The notes under the pieces were generated by a model, which saw only the letters and a list, made by a program, of their open reading frames with translations, was not told where the DNA came from and ran no database searches. From an uncultured Rikenella sp. (lineage in GTDB: Bacteria > Bacteroidota > Bacteroidia > Bacteroidales > VadinHA17), in contig CAYYEH010000010.1 in the NCBI GenBank assembly GCA_964470815.1, positions 1 to 56,684 on the forward strand: a stretch of DNA of 56,684 nucleotides, in the 5' to 3' direction. Numbering within the stretch: the first letter of the stretch is position 1; every line of letters starts with the position of its first letter. Shown here piece after piece: positions 46,195-55,236 of the stretch. The position numbers and the translations under genes were made by a program.

Positions 46195-47523
46195 ATGGGT
46201 AAGAAGAATATTGAGAAGTATGATGTTTTCTATCAGCTTCTGAAGAAGTATGTTGATTTCTGGCATAATTACATTTTTTACCGCAGGGTGATAGTCCTGG
46301 GGAAGGATACGCTTGATTTCTCAGTTCCGACAATACTGGCGCCCAATCACCAGAATGCGCTGATGGATGCGATGGCGGTACTCTGCACCCTTGACCGCCA
46401 GCTGATTTTTCTGGCCAGGGCTGATATCTTCCGGAAGAAGATCGTCGCAAGGATCCTGTATGCCCTTAAGATGCTTCCGGTCTACCGGATAAGGGACGGA
46501 TTTGAGGCTGTCAAACAGAACGATGATACATTCCGTGATACACTCAGGGTGATGGAGAACCGGAACGGGGTGGTAATACTTCCGGAGGGCAACCACGCCA
46601 CATTCAGGAAGCTCAGGCAACTCAAAAAGGGAATCTGCCGTATTGCATTCCAGACGGCAGAAGCAAAGGGGTTCACGGGTGAGATCAATATCGTCCCTGT
46701 CGGTCTGGATTATTCTCATTACTGGCGCTTCAGGCAGGTGCTGACGGTGGTTTACGGACATCCGATACGGGTTTCTGATTACTATGAATCATACCGTGAG
46801 AATCCTAACAGGGCAATATCAGAGCTCCGTGACAGGCTTTCGGATGAGCTCAAGAAGGTGATGGTACATATTGACGATGAGGAGAATTATGAAGCCATCA
46901 ATGAGCTGAGAAACATCATCAACGAGAAGTACAGCGACAGTATAAAATACCCGAAGCTATTCCGTGACAAGAGGCTGGTAAGCAAGCTCAGTGAGCTGCG
47001 CGTGACTGACCCGGAAAGATACGGAAAGATATGTGAACAGACCCTTGCAGTAAGGACCCAGGCGACAGAACTGAATGTCACCTATCGCCATCTGAAGAAA
47101 AAGAAGCATCCTCTCGGATGGCTGGCCCTCTCTTCACTGCTGCTCCTTTTCACGCTGCCTGTCTTCATAGCCGGCGCCGCTTTCAATATCGTCACCTTCC
47201 AGCTTGCCTATCAGAAGGCCATCAAGTCAAAGGACCCTGCCTTCATAAGCACGGCACGATACGGATTCTTCCTTGGGCTGAGCTTTCTCTTCGGACCCAT
47301 CTATCTCCTCCTTGCCCTGATTTTCGTCAAGCCGTGGTGGCTTGCAATAATGGCCTTCATGGCAATCCCCTTGCTGGGAATACTGGCCTGGAACTGGTAT
47401 CTGCTTCTGCTGCGTACAGTGGGAGGTTTCAGGATATGGAACCTGAGGCGCACCGGAAACCCTCTCTTCAGTAAGCTTCAGGACACCTACAATGCTCTCG
47501 TCAACCGGGTCACCTCACTCTGA
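46195..47523 (+). CDS. Glycerol-phosphate/lysophospholipid acyltransferase with C-terminal TM helices
   Basis: NHQNALMD (HxxxxD), FLAR, LPEG. Confidence 0.88.
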   Translation: MGKKNIEKYDVFYQLLKKYVDFWHNYIFYRRVIVLGKDTLDFSVPTILAPNHQNALMDAMAVLCTLDRQLIFLARADIFRKKIVARILYALKMLPVYRIRDGFEAVKQNDDTFRDTLRVMENRNGVVILPEGNHATFRKLRQLKKGICRIAFQTAEAKGFTGEINIVPVGLDYSHYWRFRQVLTVVYGHPIRVSDYYESYRENPNRAISELRDRLSDELKKVMVHIDDEENYEAINELRNIINEKYSDSIKYPKLFRDKRLVSKLSELRVTDPERYGKICEQTLAVRTQATELNVTYRHLKKKKHPLGWLALSSLLLLFTLPVFIAGAAFNIVTFQLAYQKAIKSKDPAFISTARYGFFLGLSFLFGPIYLLLALIFVKPWWLAIMAFMAIPLLGILAWNWYLLLLRTVGGFRIWNLRRTGNPLFSKLQDTYNALVNRVTSL

Positions 47524-47525
47524 TA

Positions 47526-48326
47526 ATGAAAGATATTTTTACAGGCAAAGTGGTATGGATCACAGGAGCCTCCTCAGGCATCGGGGAAGCCCTGGTGAAA
47601 TCCTTTGCACGGGCAGGAAGCAGGGTGATAGCATCATCCAATGACAGCACCAGGCTGAAGAAGGTGGCTGATGATTGTGCCGGCCTGAAAGGAAGTGTCA
47701 CCCCGGTTCCGTTTGACCTTGCCGAGACATCGGGCATTGAAGAACTGGTGAGCGCAATTGCAAGGGAGGAAGGAAAAATTGACATGCTTCTTAACATTGG
47801 CGGCATAAGCCAGAGGGCCCTGCTCAGGGAAACACCATTGTGGCTTGATCGTAAAATAATGGAAATCAATTACTTCGGCACCATAGCCCTTACCAAGGCC
47901 GTGCTTCCCCATATGATGGCAGCCGGCGGCGGGCATATCGCAGCCACAAGTTCCATCTCGGGACGGTTCGGTTTTCCTATGAGGTCAGCCTACTCTGCCT
48001 CAAAACAGGCACTCCACGGCTTCTTCGAGACCCTGATGATTGAACACCGCAAGGACAACATAAGGGTGTCAGTGATAATACCGGGCCGTGTTCAGACAGC
48101 CATCTCACTGCATGCCCTGACCGCTGACGGAAGGGAGCACGGGAAAATGGACGACGGACAAAAGGGGGGAGTAACGGCTGAAAAGGCAGCAGCCCAGATA
48201 CTGAGAGGACTGATGCGTAACAAACGGGAGATACTCGTCGGCAGCGGGGAGTTGCTGATGCTGAAAATCAGGAAATATTTTCCTGCACTTTTTTTCAGGA
48301 TAGCAGAAAGGATAAAACCAATGTAA
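47526..48326 (+). CDS. Short-chain dehydrogenase/reductase
   Basis: ITGASSGIG, SS, YSASK (YxxxK), PG.VQT. Confidence 0.92.
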   Translation: MKDIFTGKVVWITGASSGIGEALVKSFARAGSRVIASSNDSTRLKKVADDCAGLKGSVTPVPFDLAETSGIEELVSAIAREEGKIDMLLNIGGISQRALLRETPLWLDRKIMEINYFGTIALTKAVLPHMMAAGGGHIAATSSISGRFGFPMRSAYSASKQALHGFFETLMIEHRKDNIRVSVIIPGRVQTAISLHALTADGREHGKMDDGQKGGVTAEKAAAQILRGLMRNKREILVGSGELLMLKIRKYFPALFFRIAERIKPM

Positions 48327-48333
48327 GGAAGAG

Positions 48334-49449
48334 ATGAAAATCAAGGGATACATTATCAGCGGGATACAGCAGATGGGCGTTGGGGTCTATGACCTCAGGG
48401 AGGCCTGGGAGTGGTATATCAGGGCATTCGGGATGGACTGCCGGATATTCGAGGATGAAGCAGAGGCAAGGCTGATGCTGCCTTACACCGGTGGTGAACC
48501 GCGCAGCAGGCATGCAGTGCTGGCAATGAACCTGCAGAGCGGCGGGGGATTTGAGGTGTGGCAGCATAAGGGGAAGGAACCCGAGTACCGTGACCGCGAG
48601 ACCAGACTTGGTGACCTTGGAATCTTCTCCTGCAAGATGAAAGTGAAGGATGTTGATAATGCATGGAAATACTGGACAGAAAACGGTGTGGAGGTGCTGG
48701 GCAGACCGATGGCTGATCCTGCAGGCAGGAAGAGCTTCTTTGTCAGAGACCCGTTCGGAAATCTTTTCCATATCGTGGGTGCCACTGACTGGTTCATGAA
48801 TCTCAGGAAAATATCAGGTGGTTCATACGGAGCCATTATCGGCGTATCTGATACAGACCGTGCGCTTGGCCTCTATTCTGATATCCTCGGTTATGACAGG
48901 GTGGTTTATGACATCACCGGCATCTTTGATGACCTTGCCTCAGTGCCGGGTGGCAACGGTCGCTTCAGGCGCATGCTTCTTGCGCCTTCACGTCCTTTCC
49001 ACGGCGGTTTCAATCCGATTTTCGGCCAGAGCGTCATAGAGCTGGTACAGGCTATTGACCGTGAACCCACGAGAATATTTGAAGGGCGTCTCTGGGGCGA
49101 TCCGGGTTTCATACATCTCTGTTATGATATCAGCGGCATGGACAACCTGCGCAGATACTGCAGTGATGCAGGGTTTCCGTTTCGCGTCGACAGCATGACC
49201 AGCCATGAGGGCGACAGCTTTGACATGGGTGAGGCAGCAGGCTTCTTTGCCTACATTGAAGACCCCGACGGCACTCTTATCGAGTTCGTGGAGACACACA
49301 AGGTGCCCATCATAAAGAAGCTGGGATGGTATCTTGACATGCGTCGCCGCAACCCCCACAAGCCACTTCCGTCATGGATGATGAAATCGCTGCGGTTCTC
49401 AAGGGTTAAAGGTAAGAACAGGCAGGAGTCAACAGGCAGCAGGCAATAG
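48334..49449 (+). CDS. Tandem VOC (glyoxalase-like) protein
   Basis: GIQQMGVGV, RDPFGNLF, DPDGTLIEFVE. Confidence 0.8.
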   Translation: MKIKGYIISGIQQMGVGVYDLREAWEWYIRAFGMDCRIFEDEAEARLMLPYTGGEPRSRHAVLAMNLQSGGGFEVWQHKGKEPEYRDRETRLGDLGIFSCKMKVKDVDNAWKYWTENGVEVLGRPMADPAGRKSFFVRDPFGNLFHIVGATDWFMNLRKISGGSYGAIIGVSDTDRALGLYSDILGYDRVVYDITGIFDDLASVPGGNGRFRRMLLAPSRPFHGGFNPIFGQSVIELVQAIDREPTRIFEGRLWGDPGFIHLCYDISGMDNLRRYCSDAGFPFRVDSMTSHEGDSFDMGEAAGFFAYIEDPDGTLIEFVETHKVPIIKKLGWYLDMRRRNPHKPLPSWMMKSLRFSRVKGKNRQESTGSRQ

Positions 49450-49487
49450 TGTTGACAATGCCTATTGCCTTCTGACTATTGCCTTAC
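49417..49487. repeat. Inverted pair of 7-nt-period arrays, probably doubling as a terminator
   Basis: Plus arm AACAGGC AGGAGTC AACAGGC AGCAGGC AATAGTG. Minus arm GTAAGGC AATAGTC AGAAGGC AATAGGC. Perfect 9-bp stem AGGCAATAG/CTATTGCCT. Confidence 0.75.
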
Positions 49488-50693
49488 TGAAAGTGCCTGT
49501 ACCTCATTCATCACGCGCATGAAGTTCCCGCCCCAGATTTTGGCAATATCATCGCGGCTGTAACCCCGCCTGATGAGTTCCTTTGTAATGTTTTTCATCA
49601 TTGAGACATCGGTGCATCCCTCTATACTGCCGCCACCGTCAAAATCAGAGCCAATACCAACGTAATCAATTCCTATCACATCAATCACATGCTGGATATG
49701 GTTTACGGCATCTTCAACAGTAGCCAGCCTGAGATACTTCTTCCTAAGTTCAGAAAACTCAGCCCAGCGCTGTTCCTGTTGCTGATCGGTAAGTTCAGGT
49801 CCCATCTCCCTCCACTTGTTGCGCAGTTCCATAACCTTTGCATCGTACTCCGGATTTGGTTCCGGCTGCCTCAGGTAGTCACTGAGAATGCATATCTGAA
49901 TCACACCGCCATTCTTTTTTAGCGCCTGGAGCATCTCATCATTTAGGTTGCGAGGGCTCTCGCACAGTGCCCTGCATGAAGAGTGAGAAGCAATTACAGG
50001 GGCTCTGGTGACGGCAAGGACATCGTAGAACGATTCATCGGAAATGTGAGACACATCAACCATCATCCCCACCCGGTTCATCTCCCTGACGACCTCCTCG
50101 CCAAAGGGGGAGAGTCCGTTGTGTTCGGGCCCGGTCTTGTCGGTTGAGGAATCACAGATATCGTTGTTTGATGAATGGCAGAGTGTAATATACCTGGCCC
50201 CGAGGCCATGGTATTGCTGTATCTTCGAGAGGTCCGTGCCCAGCGGGTATCCGTTCTCGATCCCCATGAAGATGGCTACCTTACCTTCCGACTTCAGCTT
50301 CCACGCATCATCAGGATTAAGTGCTATTCCTGCCAGGTGAGGGTATCGTGCCACACTGGCCTTAACGGAGTCAAAGGTAGCCAGCGTCATGGCATGCGCC
50401 TTCTCATAGTCTTCAGGTGTGCGTGGTCCCTGTCCAATGAATATTGCAAAGAATTCTGCATCAAGCCGCCCCTCCTTCATCCGTGGAAAATCGACTGATC
50501 CCTTTTCATTTCTCACCCCCGGGTCAAAACCACCCCTGAGCAGCCTCATGGGAGTATCGCAGTGGGTGTCAACGGAGAGGATGTCGTCGTGGATCCTGTC
50601 AGCCTTCCGGCTCAGCTTCTCATCAGCAGATGTACAGGATATGGCAATGAGACAGGAAAAAACAAGCAAAAATTTCATCTGAATCACATTCAT
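49476..50693 (-). CDS. Membrane dipeptidase (peptidase M19), lipoprotein
   Basis: AISC lipobox, DTHCD, GIEN, LCH, DVSH, SHS, GSDFDG, GGNFMRV. Confidence 0.93.
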   Translation of the reverse strand: MNVIQMKFLLVFSCLIAISCTSADEKLSRKADRIHDDILSVDTHCDTPMRLLRGGFDPGVRNEKGSVDFPRMKEGRLDAEFFAIFIGQGPRTPEDYEKAHAMTLATFDSVKASVARYPHLAGIALNPDDAWKLKSEGKVAIFMGIENGYPLGTDLSKIQQYHGLGARYITLCHSSNNDICDSSTDKTGPEHNGLSPFGEEVVREMNRVGMMVDVSHISDESFYDVLAVTRAPVIASHSSCRALCESPRNLNDEMLQALKKNGGVIQICILSDYLRQPEPNPEYDAKVMELRNKWREMGPELTDQQQEQRWAEFSELRKKYLRLATVEDAVNHIQHVIDVIGIDYVGIGSDFDGGGSIEGCTDVSMMKNITKELIRRGYSRDDIAKIWGGNFMRVMNEVQALSVRQ

Positions 50694-50853
50694 TTTGGTT
50701 GGCCCTGCTAATATATAAATATCATTCCCTGGTTATAACCGGCTGATGATGAAGAAAGTCATAAAAAAGGTTAAATGGGTGAGGATGAATGGCAGTATGC
50801 CGTTAATGGCTTCCCGGGAAATCCGGCAGAGCCGGCCGGCCTGAAAAATATTG

Positions 50854-51570
50854 TCAGAAATTGGCAAGGCCCAGGGCAAGGCCAAAATATGGCCTGTTAT
50901 TGTATATCCAGCTTCTTGAATCGCTGCTCACCAGGTTATCAAACCCCAATGTAATACCCATTGAAACATAGTTGATCGTGATGAAGGCTCCAATCCCTTT
51001 CTGAAAGACAATCCCATCATATTCGATTGTGGTAATGCTATTGGTTACTGAAGGATTCACAGGTGTGATTCCAATTCCGGCAAAGATCCCGAAGTCAAAA
51101 CCAATCTGCCTGATAGAGGAATGATTTCTGTTTACCGGTGATTCAAGGCTTTTAATAATGAAATAATCTTTCCTTGCTCCCAAATAAATCATGGCATTCA
51201 GGTTGGAATTCATCTGAACCGGAACGCCTGAAGCCGAGGGGCGAAGCTTTACCGGTATAGTGGAAAGGTCAACCTCAACCGAATTCTTTATGAACCGGCC
51301 TCCGTAAAGATCATCATCAGGTTTTATTGAACTTATTGCTGTTCCTTTTCCTGAATCCGTATCAACAACATCGGAGGTACCTGACTTCATCTGAAAGAGG
51401 ATAAGAGAATCTGCAATGACGTCAGCATACACCCTTGATAAGGCTGATTCTTTAGTTTTCAGGTAATAATACCCGCTGCCGAATTCGTGTCTGGCCACCA
51501 GGCCCGTCGGAGTACAGGAATACAAAGTGATAAGCACAATGGCAGTGAGGGGAAAGAAGATTTTCTTCAT
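50854..51570 (-). CDS. Hypothetical lipoprotein, low GC
   Basis: LYSC lipobox. Amphipathic beta-strands and C-terminal Phe suggest a barrel. No family recognised. Confidence 0.65.
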   Translation of the reverse strand: MKKIFFPLTAIVLITLYSCTPTGLVARHEFGSGYYYLKTKESALSRVYADVIADSLILFQMKSGTSDVVDTDSGKGTAISSIKPDDDLYGGRFIKNSVEVDLSTIPVKLRPSASGVPVQMNSNLNAMIYLGARKDYFIIKSLESPVNRNHSSIRQIGFDFGIFAGIGITPVNPSVTNSITTIEYDGIVFQKGIGAFITINYVSMGITLGFDNLVSSDSRSWIYNNRPYFGLALGLANF

Positions 51571-51662
51571 AGGGATTGCCTGTTTCATGCCATTAAGTTA
51601 GCACAAAATCGTTTTGACGATGGTAATAGTCAAACTCCGCGCAGACTGGATCGGGCATTAAG

Positions 51663-51691
51663 AAAAAAAAGCCCCGACTTAGTGTCGGGGC
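51663..51691 (-). terminator. Orphan intrinsic terminator
   Basis: 8-bp stem GCCCCGAC/GTCGGGGC followed by U8 on the minus strand. No annotated gene ends here. Confidence 0.85.
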
Positions 51692-51786
51692 AGCCATGAA
51701 AAGAATGGAAAAATTGCTTTTGGACAGTAAAAAGCATCTTTAAAGTCTTGCGACTTAATATCTTGAATTTATTCGGTCTACGATCT
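51663..51786 (-). ncRNA. Candidate ~125-nt small RNA or attenuated leader
   Basis: -7 box TATATTTG (51799-92), GCAA tetraloop hairpin, second hairpin, then the terminator. Confidence 0.5.
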
Positions 51787-51871
51787 TAACGCAAATATAG
51801 TAAAAATGTGACGGGTTAAGTAATCTTTTTGCGAAAAAAAATGCAGTCGGGGTAATACCCGGCACCATTCA

Positions 51872-51897
51872 TGCAACTAATTTAACTTTGATGCGTC
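51872..51897 (+). promoter_or_regulatory. Putative ECF promoter overlapping a housekeeping -7 box
   Basis: TGCAAC-N15-GCGTC, with TAACTTTG at 51883-90. Confidence 0.6.
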
Positions 51898-51919
51898 ATT
51901 TAACCAGAAAACCTGAGAT

Positions 51920-52474
51920 TTGGGCACAGCGGATTTGCACATACATGACAGGCTCATTGAGGAGTGCCGGAGCGGCAGCCGCAGTGCACAGTTCAGGCTG
52001 TATGAGCTTTACTCAAAGGCAATGTACAACACTGCATACCGGATAATGGGCAACAGGGAGGAGGCAGAGGATATGCTGCAGGAGGCGTTTACTGATTGTT
52101 TTACGAAGATAGGGTCATACCGCACTGATTCCACCTTCGGGGCATGGCTCAAGACCATAGTCATCAACCGCTGTATCAGCAGGCTCCGGAAGAGAGAGGC
52201 TGAGCTGGTATATATTGATGATTACAGCCGTCATGAGATTAAGCAGGAGGAACCGCAGGAGCTTGCATGGCCTGACGCCGCGGTAATAGCCAGGGCAGTG
52301 GGGATGCTGCCCGAGGGTTACAGGGTGGTCTTCAGTCTTTACCTGCTTGAAGGGTATGACCATACTGAAATATCACAGATACTGGGTATATCGGAATCAA
52401 CATCCAAAACTCAGTATGCAAGGGCAAAAGAGAAACTTAAAAAGATACTTTCAGAAATGCGAAGCCATGGATGA
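51920..52474 (+). CDS. ECF sigma-70 factor
   Basis: AEDMLQEAF, FGAWLKTIVIN, LPEGYRVVFSLYLLEGYDH.EIS..LGISESTSKTQY.RAK. Confidence 0.93.
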   Translation: MGTADLHIHDRLIEECRSGSRSAQFRLYELYSKAMYNTAYRIMGNREEAEDMLQEAFTDCFTKIGSYRTDSTFGAWLKTIVINRCISRLRKREAELVYIDDYSRHEIKQEEPQELAWPDAAVIARAVGMLPEGYRVVFSLYLLEGYDHTEISQILGISESTSKTQYARAKEKLKKILSEMRSHG

Positions 52475-53117
52475 ACTTGAGAAGCATATCAGGAGCGTCA
52501 GGAACGAGCTTGACATCAACGAACCCTGTCCGGGGCTCTGGAGCAGGATTGAGGCTGGACTGCAAGCTAACGGGGTTGCCGGAACGGCCGGCAACGAGGA
52601 GTCGCCTTTTGCAGGCAGAGAGGGTTCACCGCTTTCCCGCGCGAAGGGCGCATCGAACTCCGGCTGGCAGGAGTCACCAACCGGGCTTCCGGGGAGACAC
52701 AGGAATCTGACCAGGCTGTTGTGGCGCGCTGCAGTGGCAGTGATCATTGCCGGCTCAGCATTTGCAATTATCGCGGGCATGCTGGTTGCCTCCGGGAAGA
52801 TGAATGATCCGCAGGTGACTGAAGTGCGTGAAACATACAGGTACTATGATGACAGGATCAGGGAACTGTACCGCGAAGCCGAACCGCTTCTGACAGCCAA
52901 TCCTGAAATCAGTACCGAACTGACAATGGGGATGAGTGTACTTGACAGCCTGTCAGCCCGGATCATCCGTGATCTTGGTGACAATATCGCCAGCAGCGAA
53001 GTGATAGAAGCACTGATAGTCAATTACAGGCTGCGGATAGAACTCATGGAGGATATGCTCCGGCTGATGAGGGATAATGAGATTGAGGATGAAAAAAACA
53101 ATGGCAATGAACTATAA
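52467..53117 (+). CDS. Putative anti-sigma factor
   Basis: MDELEKHI...LD..EP...LW.RIE, a TM helix and a helical periplasmic part. Overlaps the sigma stop. Confidence 0.75.
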   Translation: MDELEKHIRSVRNELDINEPCPGLWSRIEAGLQANGVAGTAGNEESPFAGREGSPLSRAKGASNSGWQESPTGLPGRHRNLTRLLWRAAVAVIIAGSAFAIIAGMLVASGKMNDPQVTEVRETYRYYDDRIRELYREAEPLLTANPEISTELTMGMSVLDSLSARIIRDLGDNIASSEVIEALIVNYRLRIELMEDMLRLMRDNEIEDEKNNGNEL

Positions 53118-54198
53118 GAATCTGTTACTTCTGGCCCTCCTGCTTCCGGTCTGGATTGGCGTCTCGGGGCAGCAATTCTCCGACAGCAAGACCCTTAGGA
53201 AATCGTTCCGGGCGGGCAGCGATGCCGTGCTGGATGTGACAAACAAATACGGAGACATCCACATTATGCATTCCGGCAGTGACTCCATAACCATTATGGT
53301 TGAGATTACAGCCTCATCAAATACAGGCGACAAGATTAATGCCATGATGTCAGACGTGGATGTAAGCCTCACGATGAACGGTGAGACAGTGAGGGCAGTG
53401 ACCTCGTTCCGGAAGGGTATCACCCCTCTTTTTGAGAGCCTGAAGGGTCTGACGAAGAACCTCATCAACTTCGACTCGAGGCTGAAGATCGATTACCGGA
53501 TCGATTGCCCGCCGAGAACGGTACTGAGAATCAACAACAGCTACGGTGATGTATACATCGGTGACGAAACTCCGGTTCTGGCACTCAGCCTCTCAAACGG
53601 TAACCTCGACGCAGCCGCGGTAGGTAACGTCCAGATGATGGAACTGACCTTTGCAAAGGCCAATGTGAGGAGCATAGGTGAGGGCAAAGTGACATTGTCA
53701 TTCAGCGAACTTCGAACCAGGGAGGCTGGAAAAATAAAACTGGCAACGGTCTCATCAAAGGTCTGGATTGACACTTACAGGACGGTTGACCTTGATTCGA
53801 AGCGTGACGACCTGCACCTGGGAACCGGGGAGGTGATAACTGGTACTGCCTATTTCAGTGACATCATTACTGACCGTCTTACAGGAGAAGTAAACATGTC
53901 AGTCAAATACGGGAACCTGTCATTTGAAAACGTTGACCGAAGCTTCAGACTGATTGACATCCGGTCATCATATGCAGACATTGACATGGCTATGGATGAG
54001 AGGTCAGGCTATGATTTGGAGATCAGGCATACCAATGCGTTTGTCTCGCTCCCGGGAATCACTCCTGTACCTGAGAAAACGGAGATAAGCGCCCAGGAAA
54101 AGCTTTACCTGACCAAAGCAACGGTGGGAAGCGGATATGACCGCTCACAGGTAAGGATTGATGCCACCCGGGGTGAGATAAGGCTGCTTCAGAAGTAG
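53107..54198 (+). CDS. Secreted beta-strand-repeat protein (DUF4097/adhesin-like)
   Basis: Signal peptide, NKYGDI, NSYGDV and KYGNL repeats. Confidence 0.7.
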   Translation: MNYKNLLLLALLLPVWIGVSGQQFSDSKTLRKSFRAGSDAVLDVTNKYGDIHIMHSGSDSITIMVEITASSNTGDKINAMMSDVDVSLTMNGETVRAVTSFRKGITPLFESLKGLTKNLINFDSRLKIDYRIDCPPRTVLRINNSYGDVYIGDETPVLALSLSNGNLDAAAVGNVQMMELTFAKANVRSIGEGKVTLSFSELRTREAGKIKLATVSSKVWIDTYRTVDLDSKRDDLHLGTGEVITGTAYFSDIITDRLTGEVNMSVKYGNLSFENVDRSFRLIDIRSSYADIDMAMDERSGYDLEIRHTNAFVSLPGITPVPEKTEISAQEKLYLTKATVGSGYDRSQVRIDATRGEIRLLQK

Positions 54199-54214
54199 AT
54201 TTTTTTTCAGGAAA

Positions 54215-54240
54215 TGCAACCGATAAAGATTTTTTGTGTC
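54215..54240 (+). promoter_or_regulatory. Putative internal ECF promoter
   Basis: TGCAAC-N15-GTGTC, with the same spacing as 51872. Confidence 0.6.
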
Positions 54241-54271
54241 CTTAGAAAAGAAAAGTAAAAGGAAAAGGAAG

Positions 54272-55048
54272 ATGAAAAGAATTATTCCGGTCATTATCAT
54301 GGCCATGACGATGCTTGCCGCATGCAATATGTTCATAGACTGCATTGACGGTAACGGTGAGATGGAAACTGAGTCAAGGGATGCAGTGCCCTTTACGGCC
54401 ATTGCCAATGAAACCTCATTCCATGTGAATTATATTCAGGGGGATGATTACACAATTACGGTCGAGGCCGAAAGCAATATCCTCCCATTCATTGAGACCC
54501 GAATTACGGGCGGATCACTTGAGGTCAGCACCATCAGGGGTACTCACTGCCTTAATTACACCAGGAAACCGGTTGTTACGGTTACCGCACCCCGTATAAG
54601 TGATGTCGTCAATGCAGGGTCAGGTGACTTTGTTGCAGGGCCTCTAGCAGGCACCGACGTAAAAATAGTCTGCAGCGGGTCAGGTGATATAACCACCGGA
54701 ACCGTGAGCGGCGAGGAGGTGTCAATAGTGATTTCAGGGTCAGGCAACGTCATGACAGAAGAGATAGACGCGATATCAATGAAGGCTACCCTGTCAGGTT
54801 CAGGTGACCTGTCATCGTCAGGCGAGGCAGTCAGCACCAGGTACGTGTTATCCGGATCAGGGTCAGTCTTCTCAAGGTATTTCACAACTGATGCTGCCAT
54901 TATTACGATATCAGGTTCGGGGTCAACCTACGTCACAGTCATTGATCAGCTCGATGCAGTGCTCAGCGGCAGCGGCAATATTTACCTCCTGGGAGACCCG
55001 GATGTAAACCTGACACGCACCGGTTCAGGCAGGGTAATATACCTGTAA
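54272..55048 (+). CDS. Head GIN domain (DUF2807) lipoprotein
   Basis: LAAC lipobox and about 19-aa SGSG repeats. Confidence 0.88.
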   Translation: MKRIIPVIIMAMTMLAACNMFIDCIDGNGEMETESRDAVPFTAIANETSFHVNYIQGDDYTITVEAESNILPFIETRITGGSLEVSTIRGTHCLNYTRKPVVTVTAPRISDVVNAGSGDFVAGPLAGTDVKIVCSGSGDITTGTVSGEEVSIVISGSGNVMTEEIDAISMKATLSGSGDLSSSGEAVSTRYVLSGSGSVFSRYFTTDAAIITISGSGSTYVTVIDQLDAVLSGSGNIYLLGDPDVNLTRTGSGRVIYL

Positions 55049-55063
55049 CCGGGGAACAGAACT

Positions 55064-55106
55064 AATAAAATGAGACAGGCCACTCCGGACCTGTCTCATT
55101 TTTATT
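55064..55106. terminator. Bidirectional intrinsic terminator
   Basis: 13-bp stem AAAATGAGACAGG/CCTGTCTCATTTT with A/T tracts, between convergent genes. Confidence 0.88.
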
Positions 55107-55236
55107 GGCTGACTATCGGTTTGGCAGCCGTTTATCCTGCAATCTGAAGTACTTACTCTTCCGTCTTACGAGTGGTCCATCGTACCCCCGCCGTGAAAAA
55201 AATAATCTTTATCAACATCGGCGGAGGCTCCCCTTC

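Noticed and set aside
54560-55035. Regularly spaced TCAGGGTCAGG-like repeats suggesting CRISPR
   Set aside because: They encode the SGSG repeats of the GIN domain, are degenerate, and no cas genes are present.
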